The notes under the pieces were generated by a model. It was not told the origin of the DNA and made no database searches. It worked only from the letters and a program-made list of their open reading frames with translations. DNA of 64,000 nucleotides from the NCBI GenBank assembly GCA_947303855.1, contig CAMYZO010000001.1:24072-88071 (forward strand), written 5' to 3'. Numbering within the stretch: the stretch's first letter is position 1; each line of letters begins with the position of its first letter. Positions 10,494 to 20,262 of the stretch are shown piece by piece. The position numbers were made by a program, and so were the translations under genes. The DNA comes from an uncultured Prevotellaceae bacterium. GTDB taxonomy: Bacteria; Bacteroidota; Bacteroidia; Bacteroidales; Bacteroidaceae.

Positions 10494-12521
10494 ATGAAAA
10501 TCAATTATTGGTCATTATTGCTCGCAGTCTTAGTCCTTGCCGGCTGCAACAAATACAAGTTCGACATTGACGAACTTGAAGCCAATCAAGATGCCATAAA
10601 GATACATAGCAATGCCTATACCATCTTTGGCACCATTGATGCCAATCAGGAATGGAACAGTATCAACAGCGGTACGGTGACAGTAACGGCCGATGCCGAC
10701 ATGGAGGATATCGTGAAAGTGCAGATACTGACAGAGTCGCCCTTCCTGAACCCCGAAGCCCGGCTGCTCAGTGAGGCTCAAGCCAGCAACGGGCAGACGG
10801 TAACGCTCTCCTACGACGCGCCTAACGCCTACCAGCAGTTGGTGGCTGCCTGCGTCAACAGCAAGGGCCATTACTACATCCAGGTGTTCGATGCCTATAA
10901 CGCCAAGACCGTGAGCTTCTCGCACACGACACGGGCCTTCACCAGGGCAGCAGCGAGCGACGTTCCCAGCTTCACGACCCTGAAGCTGGCCGCACCACAC
11001 AAGTCGCTGAATGCGCTGCGTGCCGCCCAGGGCAGCAGTTTTTCCATCGGCAGCAACTCATACACCGAATGGAGCAACTCCGGCTGGGACGACGACATGT
11101 GGGAGCTGGCCGACGGCAACACGTTCGACAACGGCTGGCAGATGGACAGCCAGAAAGGCAAGGGCCACGTCTACAGGACCGCTGACGGCTTTGACGAGGG
11201 CGAGGAGGAGAACGTCAAGGCCATTGTCCTCAACTTCCTCTACAAGATAGACAACACGGGCTGGAACAAGAAGAGAAACAACCTGGCCTCAGTGCGCAAC
11301 AGTGCCAACTTCAAGCAGAACCAGAACTATGTGTACACCGACGGCAAGTCGCCCGTCACCCTCATCCCCGTCCAGGCCTGGTCTACTGAGTTCAAGTGGA
11401 ACCACATCTACTATTACTACTTCAAGCCCCAGGACATTCCCGCCGGCATGAGCGAGGCCGACTACATCAAGAAGCTGCCTAAGTTCAAGGCTGTACAGGT
11501 GGAGCGCGTCCAGAGCAGTGCCGAGGGCAACGAGGGCAAGTTCTACAGGCGTCAGGAGTTTCTGCTGCCTTACTTCAAGAACGCCCCGGTGGTTGGCGAC
11601 AACGAGGCCAGCGCCATCTTCCCCGCCGGCTACAAGGTGGGCTTCCTCAATGCCAAGTATGAGGGCAGCAAATACACTACGTGGAACAACGAGAAATACG
11701 GCTGTACCTATGGCGACGGCCAGCTGAACAACGAGGTCAACCACCTGAAGGGACACTTTCTGTCGGCCATGGACAAGACCCTGGGCGGACAGCTTGACGG
11801 CGGCATGAGCTTCACCGACTCGCGTATCGCGGTGTTTACTGCCAACGGCAGGACCTATATGACCTTTGAGGACGGTGCCGACTGCACCTTCAGCGACATG
11901 GTCTTTGAAATAGGCGGCGGCACCGAGCAGGTGGAAGAGTCGTATGCTGACGGCGAAATCGAGGGCGCTGCCTATACCATGTGCTTTGAAGACCGTCCGC
12001 ACACGGCCGACTACGACCTGAACGACGTGGTGCTGCGTTGTGTCCGTATCACCAAGACAGAGATTCAGATGACACTGGTAGCAGCTGGCGGCAACGACGA
12101 TGTGGTCATCCATGGAGCCACGGGATGGCGTTACAACGACATGGAGGTGCATGCCATCTTCCACGCCACAGAGGCCGACGGCAGCGGCAACCGCTTCATC
12201 AATACCGTCAAGGGGGGTACGCGGCGCGATGTCATGTCCGACTTTGTCACCGTGCCCGAAGGCATGACCATTCCGCAGTATCTGACGGGCATCTCCATTG
12301 AGAACAAGGCAACCGGAGAAACCATCAAGGTAGCCCAGAAGGGCGAGCCTCCTTTTGCCATCATCGTCCCACAGGAGTTCGACTACCCGCTGGAACGGCA
12401 GACGATAACCGTTGCTTACAGTGCTTTCATCAAGTGGGCTCAGAACGTCAACGAGTCGGCTAACTGGTATCTGTTTGAAGATGCCGACAAGATATTCCCC
12501 AGTCTTTTCAAGAAATGGTAA
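10494..12521 (+). CDS. surface lipoprotein with LruC/DUF4842-like C-terminal domain
   Basis: Lipobox LAGC; motifs TFEDGADCTFSDMVF, CFEDRPHTADYDLNDVVL and YPLERQTITVAYSAFIKWA. Confidence 0.7.
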   Translation: MKINYWSLLLAVLVLAGCNKYKFDIDELEANQDAIKIHSNAYTIFGTIDANQEWNSINSGTVTVTADADMEDIVKVQILTESPFLNPEARLLSEAQASNGQTVTLSYDAPNAYQQLVAACVNSKGHYYIQVFDAYNAKTVSFSHTTRAFTRAAASDVPSFTTLKLAAPHKSLNALRAAQGSSFSIGSNSYTEWSNSGWDDDMWELADGNTFDNGWQMDSQKGKGHVYRTADGFDEGEEENVKAIVLNFLYKIDNTGWNKKRNNLASVRNSANFKQNQNYVYTDGKSPVTLIPVQAWSTEFKWNHIYYYYFKPQDIPAGMSEADYIKKLPKFKAVQVERVQSSAEGNEGKFYRRQEFLLPYFKNAPVVGDNEASAIFPAGYKVGFLNAKYEGSKYTTWNNEKYGCTYGDGQLNNEVNHLKGHFLSAMDKTLGGQLDGGMSFTDSRIAVFTANGRTYMTFEDGADCTFSDMVFEIGGGTEQVEESYADGEIEGAAYTMCFEDRPHTADYDLNDVVLRCVRITKTEIQMTLVAAGGNDDVVIHGATGWRYNDMEVHAIFHATEADGSGNRFINTVKGGTRRDVMSDFVTVPEGMTIPQYLTGISIENKATGETIKVAQKGEPPFAIIVPQEFDYPLERQTITVAYSAFIKWAQNVNESANWYLFEDADKIFPSLFKKW

Positions 12522-12537
12522 AACCAAACCATCTGTC

Positions 12538-12960
12538 ATGAAGATACAAATCATCAACGGACCCAACCTTAACCTGCTCGGACAGCGTGAACCGGGCATC
12601 TACGGCAGCGAGTCGTTTGAAAGCTACCTGCCACAGCTGCAGGCTAAATACCCCGATGTGCAGATTGACTATTATCAGAGCAACGTCGAGGGCGAACTGA
12701 TTAACAAGTTGCAGGAGACAGGGTTCTTTGGCGACTACGACGGTATCATACTGAACGCCGGAGCCTACACCCACACCAGCGTGGCCCTGCACGACTGCAT
12801 CCGCTCGCTGCGCTGCCCGGTCATCGAGGTTCATATTTCCAATGTCCACCAGCGCGAGGAGTTCCGCCACCATTCGTTCATCTCGCCCGTCTGCCGGGGC
12901 GTCATCTGCGGCTTCGGTCTTGACAGCTACCGCCTGGCAGTAGAGGCACTCAGGAAATGA
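12538..12960 (+). CDS. aroQ: type II 3-dehydroquinate dehydratase
   Basis: INGPNLNLLGQREPGIYG, NAGAYTHTS, EVHISNVHQREEFRHHS. Confidence 0.96.
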   Translation: MKIQIINGPNLNLLGQREPGIYGSESFESYLPQLQAKYPDVQIDYYQSNVEGELINKLQETGFFGDYDGIILNAGAYTHTSVALHDCIRSLRCPVIEVHISNVHQREEFRHHSFISPVCRGVICGFGLDSYRLAVEALRK

Positions 12961-13622
12961 CACTCGACGACTACATACTCCAGCACACGTCGCCAGAGCC
13001 TGACTATCTGTACAGGCTCTGGCGTGCTACTAACATACATACCATCCACGGGCGCATGGCCAGCGGACACCTGCAGGGGCGCCTGCTGAAGATGCTGGTG
13101 CAGATGCTGCAGCCCGCGAACATCTTGGAGATAGGCACCTTCAGCGGCTATTCGGCCATTGCCATGGCTGAGGGCCTTGGCGACGGAGGCCACCTCTACA
13201 CCTTCGAAATCAACGATGAAATGGAGGATTTTACCCGGCCGTGGATAGAACAGTCGGCCGTTGCCGACAAAATCAGCTTTATCATTGGCGACGCGCTGAA
13301 AGAGGCACCGCAGTTAGGCATCGTGTTCGACATGGTTTTTATGGACGGCGACAAGCGCACCTACTGCGAGTGCTACGACATGGCCCTCTCCGTTCTGCGG
13401 CCAGGCGGCTTTATCGTGGCTGACAACACCCTGTGGGACGGGCATGTCGTAGACCCGGCCTACGACCGTGACCGCCAGACGCACGGCATAGAGCAGTTCA
13501 ACGACTACGTGGCCCGTGACCCGCGTACCGAGCAGGTCATCCTGCCCCTGCGCGACGGATTAACCATTATCAGAAAGAGAACTCCCCTCCCTACTTGGGA
13601 GGGGCTGGGGGAGGGGCTATGA
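12957..13622 (+). CDS. class I SAM-dependent O-methyltransferase
   Basis: LEIGTFSGYS, FMDGDK, VADNTLWDG. The C-terminal tail TPLPTWEGLGEGL comes from a repeat. Confidence 0.9.
   Translation: MTLDDYILQHTSPEPDYLYRLWRATNIHTIHGRMASGHLQGRLLKMLVQMLQPANILEIGTFSGYSAIAMAEGLGDGGHLYTFEINDEMEDFTRPWIEQSAVADKISFIIGDALKEAPQLGIVFDMVFMDGDKRTYCECYDMALSVLRPGGFIVADNTLWDGHVVDPAYDRDRQTHGIEQFNDYVARDPRTEQVILPLRDGLTIIRKRTPLPTWEGLGEGL
13581..13618. repeat. GC-rich palindromic repeat (solo copy, DUF559-associated family)
   Basis: ACTCCCCTCCCTACTTGGGAGGGGCTGGGGGAGGGGCT: hairpin CCCCTCCC-N5-GGGAGGGG plus a G-rich tail. Confidence 0.75.
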
Positions 13623-14266
13623 TTCGCTATACCAGAAGAGAAGAGATATGGAATGCCACGTCGCACGGCGGCGGCATTCTGATGGGTGTGGTCGTCGGCA
13701 TCATCCTGCTCGTCTGGGTGTTCCGCAGCGACAGCGACTGGGCGCGTGTGGGCGTCATCCTCTATCTCTTCGGCATGCTCGGCTCCTATGTTGCCTCCAC
13801 ACTCTACCACTCCATGCGCCATCACTCCAAATGGAAGGAACGGCTGCGCCGCTGGGATCATGCCGCCATCTATTGGCATATTGCCGGCTCCTACTCGCCC
13901 CTGACGCTCATCGCCCTGCGCCAGCAGGGCTACTGGGGTTGGGGACTGTTCACGTTTGTCTGGGCCTGTGCCATCGCCGGCACCATCGTCAGCTTCATCC
14001 GGCTGAAGGAGCACTCGAATCTGGAGACGCTCTGCTTCATCGGCATGGGACTCAGCGTGCTCGTGGCCTTCAAGCCGCTGCTCGACAGCGTGTCCACGGC
14101 AGCCGTCATCTGGATTATAGCAGAGGGCGTCTGCTACATCACAGGCGCCCTCTTCTATTCGTTAAACAACCGGAAGTACATGCACTCCGTCTTCCATTTC
14201 TTCGTCCTCGCCGGCTCCGTCTGCCATATCATCGCCGTCTGGGATGTGCTGATGGACTATCTTTAG
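13619..14266 (+). CDS. hemolysin III / PAQR family membrane protein
   Basis: EEIWNATSH, STLYH, WDHAAIY..IAGSYSP, HSVFHFFVLAG; about 7 TM segments. Confidence 0.9.
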   Translation: MIRYTRREEIWNATSHGGGILMGVVVGIILLVWVFRSDSDWARVGVILYLFGMLGSYVASTLYHSMRHHSKWKERLRRWDHAAIYWHIAGSYSPLTLIALRQQGYWGWGLFTFVWACAIAGTIVSFIRLKEHSNLETLCFIGMGLSVLVAFKPLLDSVSTAAVIWIIAEGVCYITGALFYSLNNRKYMHSVFHFFVLAGSVCHIIAVWDVLMDYL

Positions 14267-14269
14267 CCG

Positions 14270-15607
14270 CTACTTACACAACTTGCAGCCCTCACACTTG
14301 CTCAGCCGGCCACGGAAGCGCATCTCTACCAGGTGGTGCAGACGGTCGCGCAGCGGCACCAGGTCGATGCGGTCGATGACATCGTTGATAAAGGCCTGCT
14401 GCAGCAGCGTCTTAGCCTCGGCCTCGCTGATGCCACGCTGCCGCATGTAGAACAGGGCGGCATCGTTCAGCTGACCTACGGTTGAGCCGTGGGCACACTT
14501 CACGTCGTCGGCATAGATTTCCAGCATGGGCTGCGTGTACATACGGGCCTCGGGGGTGGCACACAGGTTCTGGTTAGTCATCTGCGAGGCCGTCTTCTGC
14601 GCTCCCTGCTCCACCAGCACCTTACCGGCAAAGGCACCCGTGGCCTTGTCGTTGAGCACGTATTTGTAGAGCTCGTTCGACGTGCAGTGGGTGGCCTTGT
14701 GCGTAATGAGCGTGTTGTTGTCAACGTGCTGCTGCTTGTCGGCAATGACACCGCCGTAGCACTGGCACTCGGCACCCTCGCCGCTCAGCGTCAGGTCGAG
14801 CTTGTTGCGCGTCACACCGTTGTGCAGGGTGACGACGTTGTGGCACACGCGGCTGTCGCGCTGCTGGTCTATGTAGACGTTGCTCACGCGCACGTTCTTG
14901 GCGTGGGTCTCTTCCAGGCAGTAGAGCCCTAACGAGGCATTCGCACCCACAAAGGCCTCGATGACCTGGGTCGTCAGGAACTGGCGGTCGTCGGCAGCAT
15001 GGTCGCAGAACAGCAGCTTGATGTCGGCACCCTCCTCAAGGATGATGAGCACGCGGCGGTTGACCATCAGGTCGACGTCGGAGCGCAGGATGTTGATGAC
15101 CTGTATGGCACGGTCTACCTTGACGTTCTTAGGTACGTAGACCAGCAGGCCGTCCTGCGCCAGCATCGTGTTCAGGTCGCTGACGGCGGCCTCGTCCTTG
15201 CCGGCCAGCTGGTTGTAGTAGTCGCGGGCCATGTCGGCATGTTGCGCCAACGACCCTATGACGACGCCGTCGGGTAGCTTGGGGGCGGCATTGGGCGTTC
15301 TGTAGAACGCGTCGTTCACCACGAAATAAAGGCTGGTCGACAGGTTGGGCACGTCACAGCGGAAGGCCTGATAGGGGTCGACGGGAATCTGCAGGCGCTG
15401 CAGGTTCAGGCCGTAGTCGGGCTCGAAGAGCTTCTGCATGTCGGTGTACTTGTAGCGCTCCACCTTGCGCGAGGGGAACCCCTTGGCCTTGAACCGTTCG
15501 AAAGCCTCATCGCGAACGGCGTTCATCACCTCCGGTGAATGGTCGCAGATCATCTGCCGCGCCTGTTCGTACAGTTCAATATATTGCTGTTCGCTGTTCA
15601 TTTCCAT
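14270..15607 (-). CDS. sufD: Fe-S cluster assembly protein SufD
   Basis: ERYKYT, PMLEIYADDVKCAHGSTVGQL, LFYMRQRGI. Confidence 0.95.
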   Translation of the reverse strand: MEMNSEQQYIELYEQARQMICDHSPEVMNAVRDEAFERFKAKGFPSRKVERYKYTDMQKLFEPDYGLNLQRLQIPVDPYQAFRCDVPNLSTSLYFVVNDAFYRTPNAAPKLPDGVVIGSLAQHADMARDYYNQLAGKDEAAVSDLNTMLAQDGLLVYVPKNVKVDRAIQVINILRSDVDLMVNRRVLIILEEGADIKLLFCDHAADDRQFLTTQVIEAFVGANASLGLYCLEETHAKNVRVSNVYIDQQRDSRVCHNVVTLHNGVTRNKLDLTLSGEGAECQCYGGVIADKQQHVDNNTLITHKATHCTSNELYKYVLNDKATGAFAGKVLVEQGAQKTASQMTNQNLCATPEARMYTQPMLEIYADDVKCAHGSTVGQLNDAALFYMRQRGISEAEAKTLLQQAFINDVIDRIDLVPLRDRLHHLVEMRFRGRLSKCEGCKLCK

Positions 15608-15612
15608 CGGTC

Positions 15613-16368
15613 TTATTCTTCGCCTATTTCTTCCTTTATCCAGTCGTAGCCATGCTCCTGAATCTCCTTGGCCAGTTCAGGACCGCCGGTTTTCACAATG
15701 CGCCCTTTGTACAGCACGTGGACGTACTGCGGACGAATCATCTCCAGCAGGCGGTCGTAGTGGGTAATGACAATGCACGACGTGTCCTTCGTCTGCAGCT
15801 TGTTCACACCCTCGGCCACGATGCGCATGGCATCGACGTCCAGACCGGAGTCTGTCTCGTCGAGTATCGACAGCTTCGGTTCCAGCATGGCCATCTGGAA
15901 TATCTCGTTGCGCTTCTTCTCGCCGCCGCTGAACCCCTCGTTCACAGAGCGGTTGGCAAGCTTGGCATCCAACTCCACCACCTTGCGCTTCTCACGCATC
16001 AGCTTCAGAAACTCTGCCGCATTCATCGGGTCCAGTCCCTGGGCCTTGCGGCGCTCGTTGATGGCTGCCTTCATGAAGTTGGTCATCGATACGCCGGGAA
16101 TCTCCACCGGGTACTGGAAACTCAGGAACAGTCCCTCATGGGCACGCTCCTCGGGTTTCAACTCTAACAGGTTCTTTCCGTTGAACCACGCCTCGCCCTC
16201 GGTCACCTCATACAGCGGGTTGCCCACCAGCACGGCGCTCAGCGTCGACTTGCCCGAGCCGTTGGGACCCATGATGGCGTGGGTCTCGCCGTCGTTAATC
16301 ACGAGGTCAATGCCTTTTAATATCTCCTTTTCGCCTATGCTGGCGTGTAAGTTCTTGACTTCTAACAT
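15613..16368 (-). CDS. sufC: Fe-S cluster assembly ATPase SufC
   Basis: GPNGSGKST, FQYPVEIPGV, NEGFSGGEKKRNE, LDETDSGLD. Confidence 0.97.
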   Translation of the reverse strand: MLEVKNLHASIGEKEILKGIDLVINDGETHAIMGPNGSGKSTLSAVLVGNPLYEVTEGEAWFNGKNLLELKPEERAHEGLFLSFQYPVEIPGVSMTNFMKAAINERRKAQGLDPMNAAEFLKLMREKRKVVELDAKLANRSVNEGFSGGEKKRNEIFQMAMLEPKLSILDETDSGLDVDAMRIVAEGVNKLQTKDTSCIVITHYDRLLEMIRPQYVHVLYKGRIVKTGGPELAKEIQEHGYDWIKEEIGEE

Positions 16369-16374
16369 ATTGCC

Positions 16375-17253
16375 TTATTTAACAATTACTTTCTTGCCGT
16401 TAGCAATCACAACCCCCTTAGAGGTATCGTCGGCAGGGGTACCGTCGATACGGTAAATGCGTGCAGAACTTTCTTGCTGAGCACTGCGGGTGGCACTGGC
16501 CACATCTGTAGAACCGCCTGCCTTCTCCTTGTACTCAGCACGGGCCTGGGCCAACTGCTCGATGAAGCGCTCGTGGCTGCGAATGAGCTGATAGAGTATG
16601 GAGCCAGCCATGCGACCGGCATCGACGTCACTCTGCCAATGGTAGCCGGCAATGACGCGGCTCTGGCCGAACTCATAGCCACGGGACAGCAAGGCCTCCA
16701 TAGCCTCGTTTGACTGGCTGATATCGGAAAGCAGCAGGGCCGAGGTCCAGAAGAACACGGTGTGTCCTGAGGGATATGACCCCTCGTTGCGATGTTTCTC
16801 CTCTTTCTCAGGAATCAGGGTTCCCTCGTCGTAATAGGCGTAGGGACGCTGGCGGCCGAACTTGGCCTTTGCGCCGGAATAGATGCTGTCGCATGAGGCG
16901 AGCACATCCTGGAGGACGGCGTAGATAGCCGGAGTGCCGTCTTTCGTAATCTCCAAGCCAATGAGTGGGCTGTAAGCGTCGATGGCGGTCTGCATGCTAT
17001 AAACGGCGTCGCTCTTAGCCTGAGCAGCGCGAGCCTCATCCTGGCGCATCAGTTTGCCCCAGAGGTGCTGCGACTGGTCGGCTACGAAGCGGGCTGACTC
17101 GAAAGCGGGGAATGGGGGCAGGATTTTTGTCATATCGGGTAGCTGGGCCTTGGTAAAATACGCATGTCCGTTAACCTCGTCGCCAGCCGCCTGCAGGCTT
17201 TGGCCGCAGATTGTCAGGATGGCGGCCATCATCCAAAGTCTTGTTTGCTTCAT
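16375..17253 (-). CDS. secreted class A acid phosphatase (PAP2 family) with probable T9SS-type C-terminal domain
   Basis: Signal peptide; K..FGRQRP, SYPSGH, SRVIAGYHWQSDV; C-terminus IYRIDG...GVVIANGKKVIVK. Confidence 0.85.
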   Translation of the reverse strand: MKQTRLWMMAAILTICGQSLQAAGDEVNGHAYFTKAQLPDMTKILPPFPAFESARFVADQSQHLWGKLMRQDEARAAQAKSDAVYSMQTAIDAYSPLIGLEITKDGTPAIYAVLQDVLASCDSIYSGAKAKFGRQRPYAYYDEGTLIPEKEEKHRNEGSYPSGHTVFFWTSALLLSDISQSNEAMEALLSRGYEFGQSRVIAGYHWQSDVDAGRMAGSILYQLIRSHERFIEQLAQARAEYKEKAGGSTDVASATRSAQQESSARIYRIDGTPADDTSKGVVIANGKKVIVK

Positions 17254-17347
17254 TGTTCTTTTTTCGATTCCTTTTAATATCTTCTATTTGCCAATCTTGG
17301 GATGCAGGTTTTCAACTTCCAACAAATGCCCTCACGCAATTTGGCTG

Positions 17348-17355
17348 CAAAGGTA
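17348..17355 (-). promoter_or_regulatory. -7 promoter element upstream of phosphatase-sufC-sufD
   Basis: TACCTTTG(CAGCC) ~95 nt upstream of the phosphatase ATG. Confidence 0.65.
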
Positions 17356-17514
17356 CGAATAAGCGCGCGAATAACCAAAAATATTTGAACTTTTCCGAGT
17401 GAGAGTCCTTTCTTACGCACACGCATACTAAGAAAAAACCAGAAAAATCCTATACAAGCGTTTAGGTCTGCTCACTTCTTACCAATTGTTGAAACAGTCA
17501 TCAGCCGATGTACT

Positions 17515-17955
17515 TTATTTATTGTTATTCATTATATAGATGGCCACACGCTGTTTCTGTCCGCCGGAGAGACTCGACGGATAGACGTCGGCCTTCTCAG
17601 CCAGTCCTACCTTGCGCAGCAGTGCCAGTCCCACCTTGCGTGCCTCTTCCTCAGGCTCGTGACGGAGTTGGCAGGGGGCAAAGACGACGTTCTCCAGCAC
17701 AGTCTTGTGCTCAAAGAGGTTGAACGACTGGAACGCTGAACGAGGCTCTGGAGCAACAGCCCGATGAGCCAAGCCATGAGGAAATAGATGATGGCTGTAA
17801 CGATGAGGGGAAAGAAGGCATCGAATGTGCGCGAGCGTATCAGGTCAGAGGCGCGTGTCATATCGGCTACGGCGATGTAGCCCACGATGCTTGTGCCCTT
17901 CAACAGACTTATTACCTCGCCCTGATAGACGGGCATCACCGTCTTGACCACCTGT
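17515..17955 (-). pseudogene. remnant of a polar amino-acid ABC transporter (permease C-terminus fused out of frame to an internal ATPase fragment)
   Basis: Permease motif EVISLLKGTSIVGYIAVADMTRASDLIRSRT, then in another frame FQSFNLFEHKTVLENV...LSGGQKQRVAI. No Walker A; the fragment ends abruptly. Confidence 0.8.
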
Positions 17956-17966
17956 TTGATAGTTCA

Positions 17967-18557
17967 TCAGGCAGAGGGTTTAGGAGGAAACACTTGATTA
18001 ATGAGGCTTTCAAACTCCTTGTAGGCGAAGGTGTCACGGAGTTCACTGAGCGCATCGGCCAGTCCACGGTAGTGCCACTCGTGGTCTTTGGGGTCCTTGG
18101 CATGGAAAAGGTCCCACAGGGCATCGCCCTGCTGGGCATAGTCGCGGGCGATGGCCCGCATATTCGACAGTTTGTCGCCGAGGGCCACTATCTTGGCATC
18201 GTGCGAGGCACGGGCCAGACGGTCGATGGCTGCCTGCTTGCGAGTGTGCCAACTGTCCTCCTCGGAACAACCGTCGGCCACGACGTCGCTCTCTGAGGCT
18301 ACGAGCGAGGCTATGCGGTCGCCGAACACTTCACGTATCTGATCTACTGTCGTGTCGGTGTCCTCCACGGTGTCGTGCAGTGCTGCAGCGGCCAGCAGTT
18401 CCTGGTCGGGTGTCATCGTGGCCACGATTTCCACAGCTTCCATCGGGTGGACGATATAAGGAAAACCCTTGCCGCGACGCTCTGTCCCGGCGTGGGCGCG
18501 AACCGCAAAGATGATAGCGCGATCCAGCAATGATGTATCTAAGGGTTTGTTTGCCAT
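17967..18557 (-). CDS. HD domain protein, RelA/SpoT-type small alarmone hydrolase (Mesh1-like)
   Basis: AH.GTERRG...PYIVHP, ALHDTVEDT, ESD, VALGDKLSNMR. Confidence 0.85.
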   Translation of the reverse strand: MANKPLDTSLLDRAIIFAVRAHAGTERRGKGFPYIVHPMEAVEIVATMTPDQELLAAAALHDTVEDTDTTVDQIREVFGDRIASLVASESDVVADGCSEEDSWHTRKQAAIDRLARASHDAKIVALGDKLSNMRAIARDYAQQGDALWDLFHAKDPKDHEWHYRGLADALSELRDTFAYKEFESLINQVFPPKPSA

Positions 18558-18580
18558 TATCTACTCCAAATATTTAGTTT

Positions 18581-19447
18581 TCAACTGCTGCTGTTTTTAG
18601 GCAGGAACTTATCGAACATTTGCAGGAGTGGTCCGCTAAAGGGATGTTTCCCCTCGGTTATCTTGCTTATAAAGAAGGCCATCTTGGTGGCGATGAAAGG
18701 ACGCAGCTTCCTGATCTCGGCCTCCAGCGCTTCTTTGGAGTCCGTGCTGTAATAAACCGTTGCAAAGGCATCCCAGTGTGCCCGCAGCGTGTCGTTGTCT
18801 AAATGGTAAATGTTGTCGGCACGTTCCGCACTTAGGAAGTGCGACCCATAGTACATCATACCCAAGTCCCATTCGGGAACACCGTAGGCAAAGTCACCCA
18901 CGTCGATCCATAGTTCGCGGCTCCCGTCAGTGATGATATTGCCGATGTGCAGGTCACCGTGCAGACAGGTAGGCATGGAGGGCACGGTGTCGATGAAGCG
19001 GTGGAACCGTCTATTAAGCTCATCAGGAAAATCTGTAAGCCGGTCAATCCATGAGCTCGCCAGTTCCCGCATGTCCGGCAGACGCGTGGTGTCGGCAGGA
19101 GTCTGGTGAAGCTGCTTGGCCAACACGGCGAAACGTTCCGACAGCGGCACCAGTTTGTCGGGCTCCTGCGAGATGATGCGGGTGAACGATCGTTTGTGCC
19201 GAATTAGTTCATACTCGGCTCCGAAGCGCTCGCCGTCGGTAATCAGACGGATGGGCTTCGGAGTGGGCAGCCCGCTCTCATAAACTACCCGGCTCGTGCG
19301 GAACTCCCTGATAGCGTTCTCCGCAGCAATACCGGCCAGAAACAGCTTGGCCAGCGTTTTGTCGTCTTTATGGTTATAGGTGAGAGCTGTCCCGCCCTCG
19401 CCAGTCTGAACATAGTCGTTCAGATCAATGGTTTCGTAAGTATTCAT
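18581..19447 (-). CDS. APH/choline kinase-like phosphotransferase
   Basis: GEGG loop, AKLF, CLHGDLHIGNI (Brenner motif), WIDVGDFAYG.PEWDLG. Confidence 0.8.
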   Translation of the reverse strand: MNTYETIDLNDYVQTGEGGTALTYNHKDDKTLAKLFLAGIAAENAIREFRTSRVVYESGLPTPKPIRLITDGERFGAEYELIRHKRSFTRIISQEPDKLVPLSERFAVLAKQLHQTPADTTRLPDMRELASSWIDRLTDFPDELNRRFHRFIDTVPSMPTCLHGDLHIGNIITDGSRELWIDVGDFAYGVPEWDLGMMYYGSHFLSAERADNIYHLDNDTLRAHWDAFATVYYSTDSKEALEAEIRKLRPFIATKMAFFISKITEGKHPFSGPLLQMFDKFLPKNSSS

Positions 19448-19495
19448 ATCAGCTGCAGGTGTAGGATGAGCAGATAAATGCAAGTTTTAATGCTA

Positions 19496-20239
19496 TTACT
19501 TGTGTCGTGTAGTAAACAGTCCGAGGGCACAGTCATCGGTAGTATTCAAGGGGAAGTACTTGTGCATAGCCGTGTTGACATAGGGGTGTATCTGTTCATA
19601 ACCAAAACGTCGCATCCAGTTGCAAAACGTCTTCAGCATCGGAGCAAACGTGCCTTTATGCTGGTTATAGAGGCAGTCGACGGTACCATCGGTCATCAGG
19701 AAGTAGACAGCCTCTGGGTCGAAGGAACCCTTCGTGATTCGCAGGTGATCGAACCCATCGCTACTGGTGACAAACCAACTCATGTTGGCGTACATCCCCC
19801 TCTCCTGCCCTATCAGCATAATGGCCTCGTCATTCCTGTCTGTATAGCCTAGCATACCATCACCCAGATTGCCCGCCACGAAGCGTTGGCCATCGGTAGC
19901 CATGAAGAGCAGCGTAGAAGCGAGATCGGACAGAGGGCACTGCAACCGCTGCACTTCTGTGTTCAGTTTCTCCAGCAGGTTGTTACGCAGCAGTGCTGTA
20001 ATGTCGGCAGGCTGCATATCAACGAATGACGTGCCAAAGCGCGTCATCAGCGTCAGTGTCTCGTTGGCCACCAGTTCGGCTCCTTCCTTGCCATAACGGG
20101 CATGGCCAGCACCATCGGCCCCCACCATGCAGGCAAAATTGCCGTTGGCGCGGTTTGCCACGGCATCCTGACAGTCGATTTTCTCATTGAGGTGGGCGGT
20201 GCCCGTCATTTTTATTTTCAGAATATTGTAGATAGGCAT
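19496..20239 (-). CDS. PP2C-family Ser/Thr phosphatase (YegK/PphC, TerY-P type)
   Basis: GTAH......CQD, ADGAG, STLL, GNLGDG, YAN..WFVT, MTDG, TTDD. Confidence 0.85.
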   Translation of the reverse strand: MPIYNILKIKMTGTAHLNEKIDCQDAVANRANGNFACMVGADGAGHARYGKEGAELVANETLTLMTRFGTSFVDMQPADITALLRNNLLEKLNTEVQRLQCPLSDLASTLLFMATDGQRFVAGNLGDGMLGYTDRNDEAIMLIGQERGMYANMSWFVTSSDGFDHLRITKGSFDPEAVYFLMTDGTVDCLYNQHKGTFAPMLKTFCNWMRRFGYEQIHPYVNTAMHKYFPLNTTDDCALGLFTTRHK

Positions 20240-20262
20240 ACGCAAGTATGTTAATAGGTGTC

